This document shows positions 10,701-19,067 of a stretch of 64,000 nt of DNA, one piece after another. The stretch is from a virus (taxonomy: Duplodnaviria > Caudoviricetes). Every line of letters begins with the position of its first letter. The stretch's first letter is position 1. Location: IMG/VR virus record IMGVR_UViG_2925282926_000001, positions 59,086-123,085 of that record; one strand, written 5' to 3'. The notes under the pieces were generated by a model. The model made no database searches. It saw only the letters and a program-made list of their open reading frames with translations, and had not been told where the DNA came from. Position numbers and translations under genes: made by a program.

Positions 10701-12052
10701 AATCCGAGGAGAAGCCCCGTCAACTCTTCCGCAACCTTACGCACGGCCGGCGCAAACATTTCACCTACCGTAATTCCGACGCCTTCAAGCGCGGACTGCA
10801 TTTCGTCAATGGCGCCTTTTAGCGTATCCATTTGGATCTCCGCGATCTCTTGCGCCGTACCTCCCGCGTTTAGTAGCGAGTTCGTGAACGAATCAAACGA
10901 AGCCTGCCCGTTATTGATCAGCGTTAATAGGCCCGAAGTTGACTCGACGCCCGCGATCATACCGGCCGCCTGTACTTGTTGCGCTTCGGTCAAATTCGCA
11001 AATGAGCGTTCCAACTGTCCGATTATGTTGCCGAGTGGGAGGAGGTTACCGGCCGCATCTGCTACGGTTATTCCGAGCTGTTCCATTGCGTATTGCGCCT
11101 GTTTCGGCGGCTTAACTAAACGAAGCAAGATCATACGTAGCTGCGTACCGGCCATTTCGCCCTGAATACCGGCGTTTGACAGAATGCCGACCGCTGCCGC
11201 TGTCTCTTCGATAGATGTGCTCAAGGATGCCGCGACAGGTGCGACGTATTTCATCGCGTATCCAAGTTGCTCAATATTCGTATTAGAGCTCGTCATCGCT
11301 TTTGCCATAACGTCAACTACGCGGCCCGTTTCGCCAGCTTCGAGTTGAAACCCCGTTAATATGTTCGATGCGATATCCGCAGTCCTTGCGATTTCCATCT
11401 GGCCCGCCGCTGCGAGGTTCAATACGCCAGGCATCGCGCTCATAATTTGTTCCGTCTTAAATCCGGCCATAGCGAGAAATCCCTGAGCATCCGCCGCTTG
11501 TGACGCGGTAAATACCGTTGTCTCACCGAGTTCTAGCGCCTGGTTACGTAAGTTTGCGAACTCATCCGCAGTTGCTCCGGAAATCGCCTTTACCTTCGCC
11601 ATCGACTGTTCGAACGTAGCCGCCGTCTGTACCGCTTTTGTTATTACTCCAGCCATCGCAACGGATAGCGCGGCATACGCAACGCCGAGCGCTTTGACTT
11701 CGCCACTTACGCGGTTAGTTGAGTTTGCGTTCTTCTCTAATTCCTGCGTAACCTTGTCGATCTCCGCGCTACTTGCTCCGAGCCGCTTCATTTCCTCACG
11801 TACGGCTTCGAGTTGCTTGCGTAGTAATTCCGGATTGGCTTTCCGCAGGCTTGCGTTAATCTTCTCGATCTGTTTTGACGACGCGCCGACTTCGGACAAG
11901 CGAGAGTTTAGCGCCCCAAACGATGCGGACGCGGCCTTTCCGGAGTCACCGAGCTCGCGCGCCTTCGACTTCGCCTTATCAATCGCTTGGTTATATCCGT
12001 TGACATCTGCGGTAATAACCGCGCGTATTCCTCCGACATCTACTGTAGTAAT
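7787..12052 (-). CDS. Tape measure protein (TP901 family); probable ATT start at 12052
   Basis: FEQSMAKVKAISGAT...TVFTASQAA...LAMAGF TP901 core, ~1420 aa; the track's GTG at 12061 lies inside the SD GAGGTG. Confidence 0.93.
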   Translation of the reverse strand: MTTVDVGGIRAVITADVNGYNQAIDKAKSKARELGDSGKAASASFGALNSRLSEVGASSKQIEKINASLRKANPELLRKQLEAVREEMKRLGASSAEIDKVTQELEKNANSTNRVSGEVKALGVAYAALSVAMAGVITKAVQTAATFEQSMAKVKAISGATADEFANLRNQALELGETTVFTASQAADAQGFLAMAGFKTEQIMSAMPGVLNLAAAGQMEIARTADIASNILTGFQLEAGETGRVVDVMAKAMTSSNTNIEQLGYAMKYVAPVAASLSTSIEETAAAVGILSNAGIQGEMAGTQLRMILLRLVKPPKQAQYAMEQLGITVADAAGNLLPLGNIIGQLERSFANLTEAQQVQAAGMIAGVESTSGLLTLINNGQASFDSFTNSLLNAGGTAQEIAEIQMDTLKGAIDEMQSALEGVGITVGEMFAPAVRKVAEELTGLLLGFNNLNPAMQASIVTFATVTPLILGAIVAIRALSVALKALVVTNPILLAISVTLGIVAAGISALVSSNNSAAEAARKHDEAQKSLNQTLNQSPMERTIKDVELLQEKTEDLNTALDERANLQQRLSEIESLQEQGLGTPALLTEMLEINDQLSEMDNKLRTMGYDGIEDATSKLGEMNDAINESTPALLAMKEAEIADIAAKYRQVESMEALLERFKTLSSAQTLDDAQKQELINTTEALRKQYPDLNAKMDESGRIRGQNIDVIEDHIAAERSFIDQSAAAANAYIDNLQAMANANKASIEAQISNLESLAKAMSAVAGVQSAPFKKSVTAVGGFSVNKSFETFASGGAEEQLSGLYDQQVKAQQAALEVARAKESLKSGSAYAKANPTGKFSAVKEKTPKSKKAASSKAKKEKSAAEVAQDLRDKAYNADLASIRYQAEMYDWSAEQQIKAYEKLRKAHAQHLKETVEDARTLNLQLKRLQEDSVKSRYDFSMTWIDKEERRMEDSGKSEVAIAEMKISALTRVRDRYKKDSDEYKDVDEALYKARKDLVKANEQAVADAYSASEKWIGKEERRMETAGKSELEITQMKIDAWTRVRDRHKKDSEYYEKAEDQLYNLRKKLVSETEKIADQLLKTEKTNIDAALKADLAAIDERKKAYIAEVDEKIAAIDRLLAKEAEYNSDADWETQRAEKLARIDLLSSAVGPEGIQEREDLIKEVERMELEHDRELRKRELESQKQALQDAKDERSSAFDDEKTEAQRQYDNLKDAFENHADDVKFIESAISEFRKNANAEANATILTSLDSFVTEYNAKMATLSAGPSGVGASSDLTEYNANKDAWAAAKSKGDSAEMARLTARNEELRKLYGIDKDTGKLQQFKVGGVVQGASGSAVPVIAHAGEMILNDAQIGNLFRMIAAGPSDTTAAPTQVVNHIDMSVNDVTLTDRADTETLYNERARVAQRLQTQGVKTR

Positions 12053-12067
12053 CGTTATCACCTCTCG

Positions 12068-12427
12068 TTAATGGCCGCGCAATTGTCTCCGCATCGCCTC
12101 GAATCCTGATTCGTCAAATTCCGCCTTACTTGCGCCATTCATGCCGGCGCGCTCCCGCAAACCTCCGACCAGCTTCTTCATGTCATCGCCTGTCGCATGC
12201 TGAACGGATAAGGATGTAAGCCAATCCTCCGCTTCGACTTTGCGTTTAGCTTCCAGCGCGGTAAATAAGTCCATGACGAAATAGCCCGATTCGAACTCGA
12301 CCTGCGTTTTGCCGAGACGAACCGCGCACTCTATGAAAAACTCGTCTATCGTTACTCGGCGTTCACTGCGTCCGGAGTCGGTATGCCGCTCAAGCCCGCC
12401 AGACTCAGGACGCCCCGTCCGTTTTTT
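12068..12427 (-). CDS. Tail assembly chaperone -1 frameshift extension (gpGT-like)
   Basis: -1 frame from the slippery site is open into the 12068..12274 ORF. Confidence 0.8.
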   Translation of the reverse strand, partial: KKRTGRPESGGLERHTDSGRSERRVTIDEFFIECAVRLGKTQVEFESGYFVMDLFTALEAKRKVEAEDWLTSLSVQHATGDDMKKLVGGLRERAGMNGASKAEFDESGFEAMRRQLRGH

Positions 12428-12747
12428 AACAGATCACCGAAATTGTTAGCCTTTGCTACCGCGCCATAGAACGCAACTAGTTCGTCAATTGACGCGTTTT
12501 GTTCGATGTACTCCTCGTCAATGCCCGTCAGGACGGCCGTCACGCGCACGATATCGTCAAAGGATTCGCGGATAGCTGCAACGAAATAAGCCGCCTTGTC
12601 TCCGGGAGCAGCGGTCATTACACTCACGATGAGTTGCGGTACTGCGTGGATGCTATCGAAAAGGTCGCGCCACTGTGCAATCGTGATCTTGCGCGGCGTT
12701 ACCGTCTTACCGCCGATCTTGTATTTGTTCGCGCCAATTAGTCGCAA
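12352..12747 (-). CDS. Tail assembly chaperone (gpG-like)
   Basis: Between major tail and tape measure genes; contains A AAA AAC. Confidence 0.8.
   Translation of the reverse strand: MRLIGANKYKIGGKTVTPRKITIAQWRDLFDSIHAVPQLIVSVMTAAPGDKAAYFVAAIRESFDDIVRVTAVLTGIDEEYIEQNASIDELVAFYGAVAKANNFGDLLKNGRGVLSLAGLSGIPTPDAVNAE
12421..12427 (-). other. Programmed -1 frameshift slippery heptamer AAAAAAC
   Basis: TTA AAA AAC GGA; -1 frame reads KRTGRPESG...YFVMDLF without stop. Confidence 0.8.
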
Positions 12748-12769
12748 TATTATCGCCTCCGTTAATTTT

Positions 12770-12795
12770 AAAAAGACGACTCCGAAGAGCCGTCC
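12770..12795 (-). terminator. Intrinsic terminator after major tail gene
   Basis: GACGGCTC-TTCG-GAGTCGTC-TTTTT. Confidence 0.75.
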
Positions 12796-12813
12796 CGTAT
12801 ATTTGTCGCGGTA

Positions 12814-13344
12814 TTAAGGTGTGGCTGTAATAGAGCTGTCTCCCAGAATCGCGACTACTCCGTCTTCGTCTGGAGTTGAGCGGAGCGTAACGTTTGTGAT
12901 CCGCTCATTATCGTTATCGTACGCGTAAGACAGGTCCGTCTCAGAGTACGCAAGCGGCATCGTCACCCAGTAATTCGGGTCATTACGCTTAGCCAGCGGC
13001 TTGATTACGGCTTTCTTCGCGGTATCGATCAAGTTCATGCCGACGCCGGTCATGATTTCGATCTTGGAATCCGTACCATCCGTTACTACTGCCGCGCCCG
13101 TCATGATCTTCGGAATAACGGACAACTCGTACTCCGCGAACGGAATCGTTACGCTGACATTACGTCCAGTAATCCGCTTGCCGACTACGGTCTCGCCCGT
13201 TTGGTCCGTCAGTTGATCACGGTACGTTGTCTCAGTCGTGAAAGATACGCCGCCGATCGTAGTTTCAAACGTAATCATGTCTACGCCGGTACCGTACTCA
13301 ACGATTGCAGGACCGAGTTCAATCTTCGAAAAATCTTGTGCCAT
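12814..13344 (-). CDS. Major tail (tube) protein
   Basis: IELGPAIVEYG...TIGGVSF...DQTGET motif; position. Confidence 0.8.
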   Translation of the reverse strand: MAQDFSKIELGPAIVEYGTGVDMITFETTIGGVSFTTETTYRDQLTDQTGETVVGKRITGRNVSVTIPFAEYELSVIPKIMTGAAVVTDGTDSKIEIMTGVGMNLIDTAKKAVIKPLAKRNDPNYWVTMPLAYSETDLSYAYDNDNERITNVTLRSTPDEDGVVAILGDSSITATP

Positions 13345-13374
13345 TTATACGTCCTCCTCGATTTTGGACAACGC

Positions 13375-13399
13375 AAAAAGGCCGCCCACTAGGACCGCC
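13375..13399 (-). terminator. U-tailed hairpin upstream of major tail gene
   Basis: GGCGGTCC-TAGT-GGGCGGCC-TTTTT. Confidence 0.55.
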
Positions 13400-13774
13400 T
13401 TAGATTGTTGTCAATGTGAAATTAAGTGAAAACATCGTGCGCTCATTCGTGTCTTTGCCTAGATAGATAGGAGATGACTGATTGGCGCGGCATTTAACTA
13501 TGCGAATAGCTCCGAAGTTAAATTCGCTCTTACTCGCCAGATCATCGAATATCGCGTCTGCTATTTGCGTAGCCTTAGCCGGTGACTTGGCGCGCACTAA
13601 TACCTGAAACGCCGGCCTTCGTTTACTCGTCCATTCGCTTGGTTCATATCCGCCGCTCATACGCACGTAGGCGCAGTCGTCCGGATTGCCTGCTGCAAAC
13701 TCGTTAGCTACGTAGGTAAATGGCACCGATACGCGCAAATATGAGGTAATGTCCGGTATCCCAAGGGTCGCCAT
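13400..13774 (-). CDS. Tail terminator / minor capsid family protein
   Basis: PAFQVLVRA...SPIYLGKDTNERTMFSLNF motif. Confidence 0.75.
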   Translation of the reverse strand: MATLGIPDITSYLRVSVPFTYVANEFAAGNPDDCAYVRMSGGYEPSEWTSKRRPAFQVLVRAKSPAKATQIADAIFDDLASKSEFNFGAIRIVKCRANQSSPIYLGKDTNERTMFSLNFTLTTI

Positions 13775-14178
13775 TACTTCGCCAGCCCCTTCCGTATCGC
13801 GTCCGCAATCAGGCGCTGATATAGCGACGCGTTTTGCGTTAACGGATCTTCGAGGTACTTCGGCTTCGTTCCGGGCGTAGTCGGATTCTGATAACCGCTC
13901 ATTTCGTGAACAATCAACGCATAGTTAACGCGTCCTCCTCCAGTGCCTTTCTCGACTGCGGAAAAGTAAACCTCCCCGCGTACACCGGTCGCATTCGCAG
14001 TAACCCGTTTACCTGACGTTTCCCTCAGCGTACCTTTATCTAGCGGTGCCTCATCGCGCGACTCCGCAAGCAGCGCGTCTGTTGCATCGTGCATCCCAAG
14101 GACAGCCGCCGCCTGTACGTTTGCTTTCGAAAAGTCCATCGCCTTAAAAAATCCGTCCATATCGAACTCGATCGACAT
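13774..14178 (-). CDS. HK97 gp10-like neck protein
   Basis: APLDKGTLRET...NYALIVHE...KYLEDP. Confidence 0.8.
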   Translation of the reverse strand: MSIEFDMDGFFKAMDFSKANVQAAAVLGMHDATDALLAESRDEAPLDKGTLRETSGKRVTANATGVRGEVYFSAVEKGTGGGRVNYALIVHEMSGYQNPTTPGTKPKYLEDPLTQNASLYQRLIADAIRKGLAK

Positions 14179-14498
14179 TACACGTTCACCTCCGTCAATA
14201 TCGGCTTACCGTTGATCCACCGCTTTACGCTTATCGATATGGGTGTGTACGTTATCGTCCGCATATTTTCGTCTGTGTACGTGAGTCTGTCCGAGATACT
14301 AATGCGTGGCAGCCTATCGAAGAGGAACGAGCCTATGCTAGCAACTTCCTCTCCGCGCAGGTTACGAACAAGATTGACGCCTTCGGAAAAGCGGCATTTC
14401 ATTGCGTAATCGTCTCCGTAGATAGGCTCGTTGTAATCCGGATCATTACCGAGAAAGGGCGACACAATAACGGTTTGTTTGAGTTGAATAAACCCCAT
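14178..14498 (-). CDS. Head closure protein
   Basis: Position; DYNEPIY...KCRF...VRNLRGEEV. Confidence 0.65.
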   Translation of the reverse strand: MGFIQLKQTVIVSPFLGNDPDYNEPIYGDDYAMKCRFSEGVNLVRNLRGEEVASIGSFLFDRLPRISISDRLTYTDENMRTITYTPISISVKRWINGKPILTEVNV

Positions 14499-14884
14499 TA
14501 CAACGTCACCCACTTCGCGGTTTTACGGCCGATCTTAACGCCGTTCTCCGCGCCAATAATATCGAGAGCTGCGTCAGGTATCCACGCTTCCTCTCCGTTC
14601 TTTGACCAGTCCTTAAACGTAAAGTTAGCGACACCGGTTACTCCGAATGACGCTACACCTTGTTGCTGCAGGCGGTTCGTATCGTTAAATGCCGTTGCGA
14701 GTGCGTTAGCAAATTCGTATACGGCTGCGTCAGGTATCGTATACTTCGGATATTTGTTCGTTAGCACGAAGGAAGCGCGCGTAACAATTCGTTGTTTTTT
14801 CGCGTCTTCTGCTTCCGCCCAATCTTCAATATCGATGCAATTCGCGTTGATATACTCATTTGCGTCGTCTACCGTAATTGCCAT
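14498..14884 (-). CDS. Head-tail adaptor
   Basis: TVDDANEYI...W...KKQRIV..A; position after capsid. Confidence 0.65.
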   Translation of the reverse strand: MAITVDDANEYINANCIDIEDWAEAEDAKKQRIVTRASFVLTNKYPKYTIPDAAVYEFANALATAFNDTNRLQQQGVASFGVTGVANFTFKDWSKNGEEAWIPDAALDIIGAENGVKIGRKTAKWVTL

Positions 14885-14899
14885 CCGTTACACCTCCGT

Positions 14900-15139
14900 T
14901 TATTTTGCGGAGGACGCAGCGTTAGCTTTGCGCTTAGCCGGAGCTTTAGCGGGTTTGTCTTCCGCATCCACTTCGTCTACTTGCGCAGGTTCCTCCGTAT
15001 CTGGTTCAGCGTCAGATAAGCGGTTAAGTACCGTCACTTCTTCCGCAGTCTTTGCTTCGTATGCGCCACCGGAAAACTTGCGCTCTACGCCGTTAACGTA
15101 AAACGCGAGTTCCAGATAGCGCGATTTATACTTTGCCAT
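14900..15139 (-). CDS. Small capsid-associated protein
   Basis: Follows capsid gene; Ala/Lys/Pro-rich tail. Confidence 0.55.
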   Translation of the reverse strand: MAKYKSRYLELAFYVNGVERKFSGGAYEAKTAEEVTVLNRLSDAEPDTEEPAQVDEVDAEDKPAKAPAKRKANAASSAK

Positions 15140-15199
15140 CGTAAAACCTCCGTATTTAACGGGAGCTCCCGAAAGAACTCCCGGTTATTTGCGGTCGGC

Positions 15200-16291
15200 T
15201 TACGCCAAACCTTTGATGCGTGCGTGTGCTTGTTCTTGGTGCAATTCGAACGTGTACTCTCCGACGATCATACCTTGGTAGTAGTCGCCTTTTTTGCCGA
15301 GGTACTCGTGTTGGAAGTCACGGCCGTTCAGGTTACGGATGCTCGCGCGGTTTTTATCGACGATGAATACTTCGTTGGCCGCGAGGTTGTCGTTAATGGA
15401 CACCGGGAACTCACCGAAGTCGGTAGTCAGTTGTGATACAACGGTACCGCGACGTTTGTCCGCTTGGTCGATGCGGATCTTATCGTCTCCGAACGAGGAA
15501 ACTACGCGTTTTTGTTTCGCAGGAACGACGATTTCGTACATGCCGCCTGTTGCGAATCCACCTTTCGTATAAATCGCTTGCAGGCTATCGTTGACCATGT
15601 CCAGACTCAGCGCCGCACCTGCCGCGTCCTTAACGTTGGTATTGATCAAGCTACGTAGACCGGCCATTTGGCGAACGTTTCCGTTCTCATACTTGATACC
15701 GTTGATCAGCGCTTTTTCCAGTTGCAACGCGAGTTCCAACTGTTTCTTCGATTGCTCGTACGTGTACATGTCGGAAATACCGTAGTTAGCGACTGCTGCG
15801 GCTGTACCTGTGATCTCCACAGTATCCGTAAAGATTTGCGTCAGGTTCGACTTGCGCTCTCTACGCTTGAATCGCGCGTCGATTGCGTCGCGACCTTCTA
15901 CGGATTCCGTGAACTGGAACTCGATTACGTCGCCAGTTACTCCGGCTGCTGCGGTAGTACCTGCGTATCCGCGCGTTACAGTCAACGTTTTAGTACCCGT
16001 GTTGATCGCGGTAACTTTCAGCAGCTCATCGCCGAGTTTTACTACGTCGTTAACGCGGAAAGGCTCTACGGACGCGACAACGACTGCTGTTGCGCTGTTT
16101 GCAATGTCCGCTGTGATTGTGGACTCCGTCGAGAACATTGCGTCCTCATACCAGTTGTGTTCAACCTGGCTAACGGCACCGGCGAATCCGAGCATTGCCA
16201 ACATTGGCGTTTGGTGTGGGTTGAGTAGCAAAATCTCTTCTGTTACGGATTCCGGTTTACCGATCAGGTCTACGTTAAAAATCTTAGTCAT
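15200..16291 (-). CDS. Major capsid protein (SU10/DUF5309-like) with inserted beta domain
   Basis: TPMLAM...HNWYED...NLTQIF...LEKALING...GEYTFEL; follows scaffold. Confidence 0.88.
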   Translation of the reverse strand: MTKIFNVDLIGKPESVTEEILLLNPHQTPMLAMLGFAGAVSQVEHNWYEDAMFSTESTITADIANSATAVVVASVEPFRVNDVVKLGDELLKVTAINTGTKTLTVTRGYAGTTAAAGVTGDVIEFQFTESVEGRDAIDARFKRRERKSNLTQIFTDTVEITGTAAAVANYGISDMYTYEQSKKQLELALQLEKALINGIKYENGNVRQMAGLRSLINTNVKDAAGAALSLDMVNDSLQAIYTKGGFATGGMYEIVVPAKQKRVVSSFGDDKIRIDQADKRRGTVVSQLTTDFGEFPVSINDNLAANEVFIVDKNRASIRNLNGRDFQHEYLGKKGDYYQGMIVGEYTFELHQEQAHARIKGLA

Positions 16292-16329
16292 TGTTTAGTT
16301 CCTCCGTTTATGTGGGTTTTTGAGTAAAC

Positions 16330-16357
16330 AAAAAGGCTGCCCAGTTTTGGACAGCCC
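16330..16357 (-). terminator. U-tailed hairpin between scaffold and capsid genes
   Basis: GGCTGTCCA-AAAC-TGGGCAGCC-TTTTT. Confidence 0.6.
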
Positions 16358-17047
16358 TTAGCTCAGTTCTCTTTTTAATTGTGTAAACTTAGCGATTACT
16401 TCTGGTGTTGGATTCTCGCTGGCCTTTGCTTTGGCTTCCGCCAGGATCTGCTCTTTTGTCTTCAAAGGTTTTGCTTCGCCTCCGGACGGCGCTCCGATTG
16501 TTAACGGTTCGACCGGTGCCTGTTCGACCATGTACGGATTATCTTCGATCAGCGCCTTAACCGCGTCCTGTAGCCCTTTTACGTTGCCGTCACCGTCTAC
16601 TTCTACCGCGGATAGATCGACGAGTTTCAGCGCAGATTTAACGGCTTCCGGACGAAGTTTAAGCTCGCGGGCAACATCCCGGAACTCCGCTTTGATAAGG
16701 CGCTGGTTAGCGGCTGACATCGCGTCTTCCTTCGCTTTCTCGGCTTCTGCTGCGCGTTCTAACGCTTGAGTCCGTTCAGCTTCGGCTCTCTCTGTTGCGG
16801 ACATCTCCGCTTTTTGCCGTTCTTCCTCCGCGCTCTTTAACTTGGCGAGCTCGGCCTTCAAATCGTCGTAGTCTCCGTACTTCTTGCGTTCTCTCGCAAG
16901 GCGCTCCGTCACTGTCCGGTCCATATCCTCCTGCGTAAATGTCTTCGGTGGCTGCGGATCAGCCTGCGGGTCTTGCGGAGTTGGTTCCGGATTCGGGTCT
17001 TCATCTGCGAAAAGTTGCAAGTTCATCGGATACTTAACGTTTGTCAT
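16358..17047 (-). CDS. Head scaffolding protein
   Basis: MNLQLFA and KTFTQEDMD...ERLARE motifs, coiled coil. Confidence 0.88.
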   Translation of the reverse strand: MTNVKYPMNLQLFADEDPNPEPTPQDPQADPQPPKTFTQEDMDRTVTERLARERKKYGDYDDLKAELAKLKSAEEERQKAEMSATERAEAERTQALERAAEAEKAKEDAMSAANQRLIKAEFRDVARELKLRPEAVKSALKLVDLSAVEVDGDGNVKGLQDAVKALIEDNPYMVEQAPVEPLTIGAPSGGEAKPLKTKEQILAEAKAKASENPTPEVIAKFTQLKRELS

Positions 17048-17125
17048 ATTGTTTCCTCCCGCGTTTTAGCGCCGCGTAGCGCATAGTATCCGTCAGTTTA
17101 GCGACTTATCGTAGGTCGTGTTGCG

Positions 17126-17806
17126 TTAATTGCTCCATAAATCGATCTTGACTTGCGATGCGACCAACGTCTTAGCTGCGGCAGCGCTTGTAGTGAGCCG
17201 CGCAATACACTGTAAGTCCCCGTCGGTAAACGAGTCGGTTACGTCCGCAAGGGCTCCGACCTGGTCGTCATTTTGTACGTAGACATAAACGCGCCTACCG
17301 GTTGACGTTGCGTACTGCTGTCCGGTAAAGAGGCGGACCGTCAAATTCTTGCGGTTCTGTCCTTCGTCTCCCGCCGTGTTAACCGTGAAAAATACCATCT
17401 TCGTAGGGTAATCAGTATAGGTCCCGTCCGCTTTGTATGCGCGGATAATGCCACTCGGCTGATTGACGTTGTGGAAAAACGTTATCCCCGCCTTGCTGTC
17501 CGCGCTCTTAATACCTATCTGCGCCGATATCTGGATGTTCCCGTTAAACTGCAGACCTTCGATTGTGTACGCAATTTCAGTAAACTGCGTACTATTGAAC
17601 ACTGCCGTCGATTTTAACTCTACGGAACTGCCTGCGGTTGCGGCCGTCGTCAGGCGAAGTAGCCCACGACCTGGTGGCGGCTCAAATGCCGGAGTTCCTA
17701 CGGTTGTCAGCCACGCCGGCAGCGTGCCGTCTAAAAAGTCAGCGCAGAGTTGTTTGTGTATCTTACCGCTCGGTATCTCTTTACCGTCTAGTCCGCGATG
17801 TAACAT
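17126..17806 (-). CDS. Beta-sandwich (lectin/ConA-like) protein in head module
   Basis: ATG at 17806 after GGAGG; beta-rich, ADFLDG...W...GLLRLTT. Confidence 0.5.
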   Translation of the reverse strand: MLHRGLDGKEIPSGKIHKQLCADFLDGTLPAWLTTVGTPAFEPPPGRGLLRLTTAATAGSSVELKSTAVFNSTQFTEIAYTIEGLQFNGNIQISAQIGIKSADSKAGITFFHNVNQPSGIIRAYKADGTYTDYPTKMVFFTVNTAGDEGQNRKNLTVRLFTGQQYATSTGRRVYVYVQNDDQVGALADVTDSFTDGDLQCIARLTTSAAAAKTLVASQVKIDLWSN

Positions 17807-18813
17807 TACGCCACCTCCGTATGAACAAGTCCGACATTGTTGTCCGTGTTGTAGTAGACGTAGATGTTTCCGTCCAATACGGATACCATCATCGATTGCA
17901 TATTCGTCGTCTCCCACGGTAAAGTCGGAAATGGAACGAGATCTATCGGACGGTGAAGGAGCTGCCGCAAATCAGGACTTATGCGTGCAATGGCCGGACG
18001 GGCTACGGTTGTGACTCCGCCAGAAGCATACGCGGACATCATTCCGATCCACCACATTTGTCCGCGATACATGAAGAGTCCGGCGTTAGAGCGTGAGAAA
18101 TTCTCACCGTAGGATAGCGTTGCGTCATTACCGCCGAGCATAGCGCGAGGATCAGAGTACCAAAACTTTCCGTCGTTTGAGTACGATATCGCTTTACGGC
18201 CATAATCTCCGCCGCCCATAACGCTGTATCCGACCCACTTTTCCGCGAACTTGAATACGGCAAAGTAACCGGTGTGTCCGTCTCCTGGGTAGCCATCCGG
18301 TTTGTCGAGTACGATTCCTATCCGCGTCCACGTCAACATATCGGGAGAGGTCGCAAGTAGCGTAGACTGGTTGATTCCTGCTCCTGATTGCTGATAGTAC
18401 ATATAAAACAGCCGTTCTTTTTCGTTGTAAATTACGAACGGTGTCTCGGTCGAATCTCCCACAACGGTATCAACGTAAATCTCACCGTAGTTCTTGAACG
18501 GACCTTTCGGATCGTCTGCGTAAGCAAGTCCGATACCGCCCCGCGCATTATGGTTAGTAGAGAACGTCGCGTAGTACTTGCCGAGTGCATTCGGGATCAG
18601 TCCGTCGACTTTAATTACGCGGAACCAATATATACTTGGCTTCCCGGACATCGCCGCAGTAAATATCGGTTGTCCGTTCAGCTTCGTAAACTTCGGCGCG
18701 TACGACTCAACTTGCGCACCAAATCCGTATGGCGCTACGCCATCATTCGCTCTCTTAGCGGTGAGGGCCGCCTTTCTTGCGCTATTCCTTGCGATCGTGT
18801 CACGTCCGGCCAT
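17806..18813 (-). CDS. Five-bladed beta-propeller glycoside-hydrolase-like protein
   Basis: GIGLAYADDPKGPF, TETPFVIY, LATSPDMLTW, SYSNDGKFW blade motifs (GH43/32/130-like fold). Confidence 0.7.
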   Translation of the reverse strand: MAGRDTIARNSARKAALTAKRANDGVAPYGFGAQVESYAPKFTKLNGQPIFTAAMSGKPSIYWFRVIKVDGLIPNALGKYYATFSTNHNARGGIGLAYADDPKGPFKNYGEIYVDTVVGDSTETPFVIYNEKERLFYMYYQQSGAGINQSTLLATSPDMLTWTRIGIVLDKPDGYPGDGHTGYFAVFKFAEKWVGYSVMGGGDYGRKAISYSNDGKFWYSDPRAMLGGNDATLSYGENFSRSNAGLFMYRGQMWWIGMMSAYASGGVTTVARPAIARISPDLRQLLHRPIDLVPFPTLPWETTNMQSMMVSVLDGNIYVYYNTDNNVGLVHTEVA

Positions 18814-19067
18814 TAGCCGACACCTCCCGGAATAACGCGAACATAACCTCGGTAGGCTGAATTTCCGCTAATAGAAAGCGTTGTGAACGGATCAACGCGC
18901 TCATCCAATGCGTCCCCGCCTTTTACTACTGTTACAAACTTTCCGGCTGTCACGGTAATGTCCGCTGTCCCATCGTTAAAGACAACGATGTAATTTGCGG
19001 TGTTCTTGATTGGTACGTTCGCCGTCCCCGTTCCTGAAAACGGGTCTCTTGCGATTGGGTCCGCCAT
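18813..19067 (-). CDS. Small beta-rich protein, putative head decoration/adaptor
   Basis: NDGTADITVT...VKGGDALDE..DPFTTLSI; coupled to flanking genes. Confidence 0.5.
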   Translation of the reverse strand: MADPIARDPFSGTGTANVPIKNTANYIVVFNDGTADITVTAGKFVTVVKGGDALDERVDPFTTLSISGNSAYRGYVRVIPGGVG

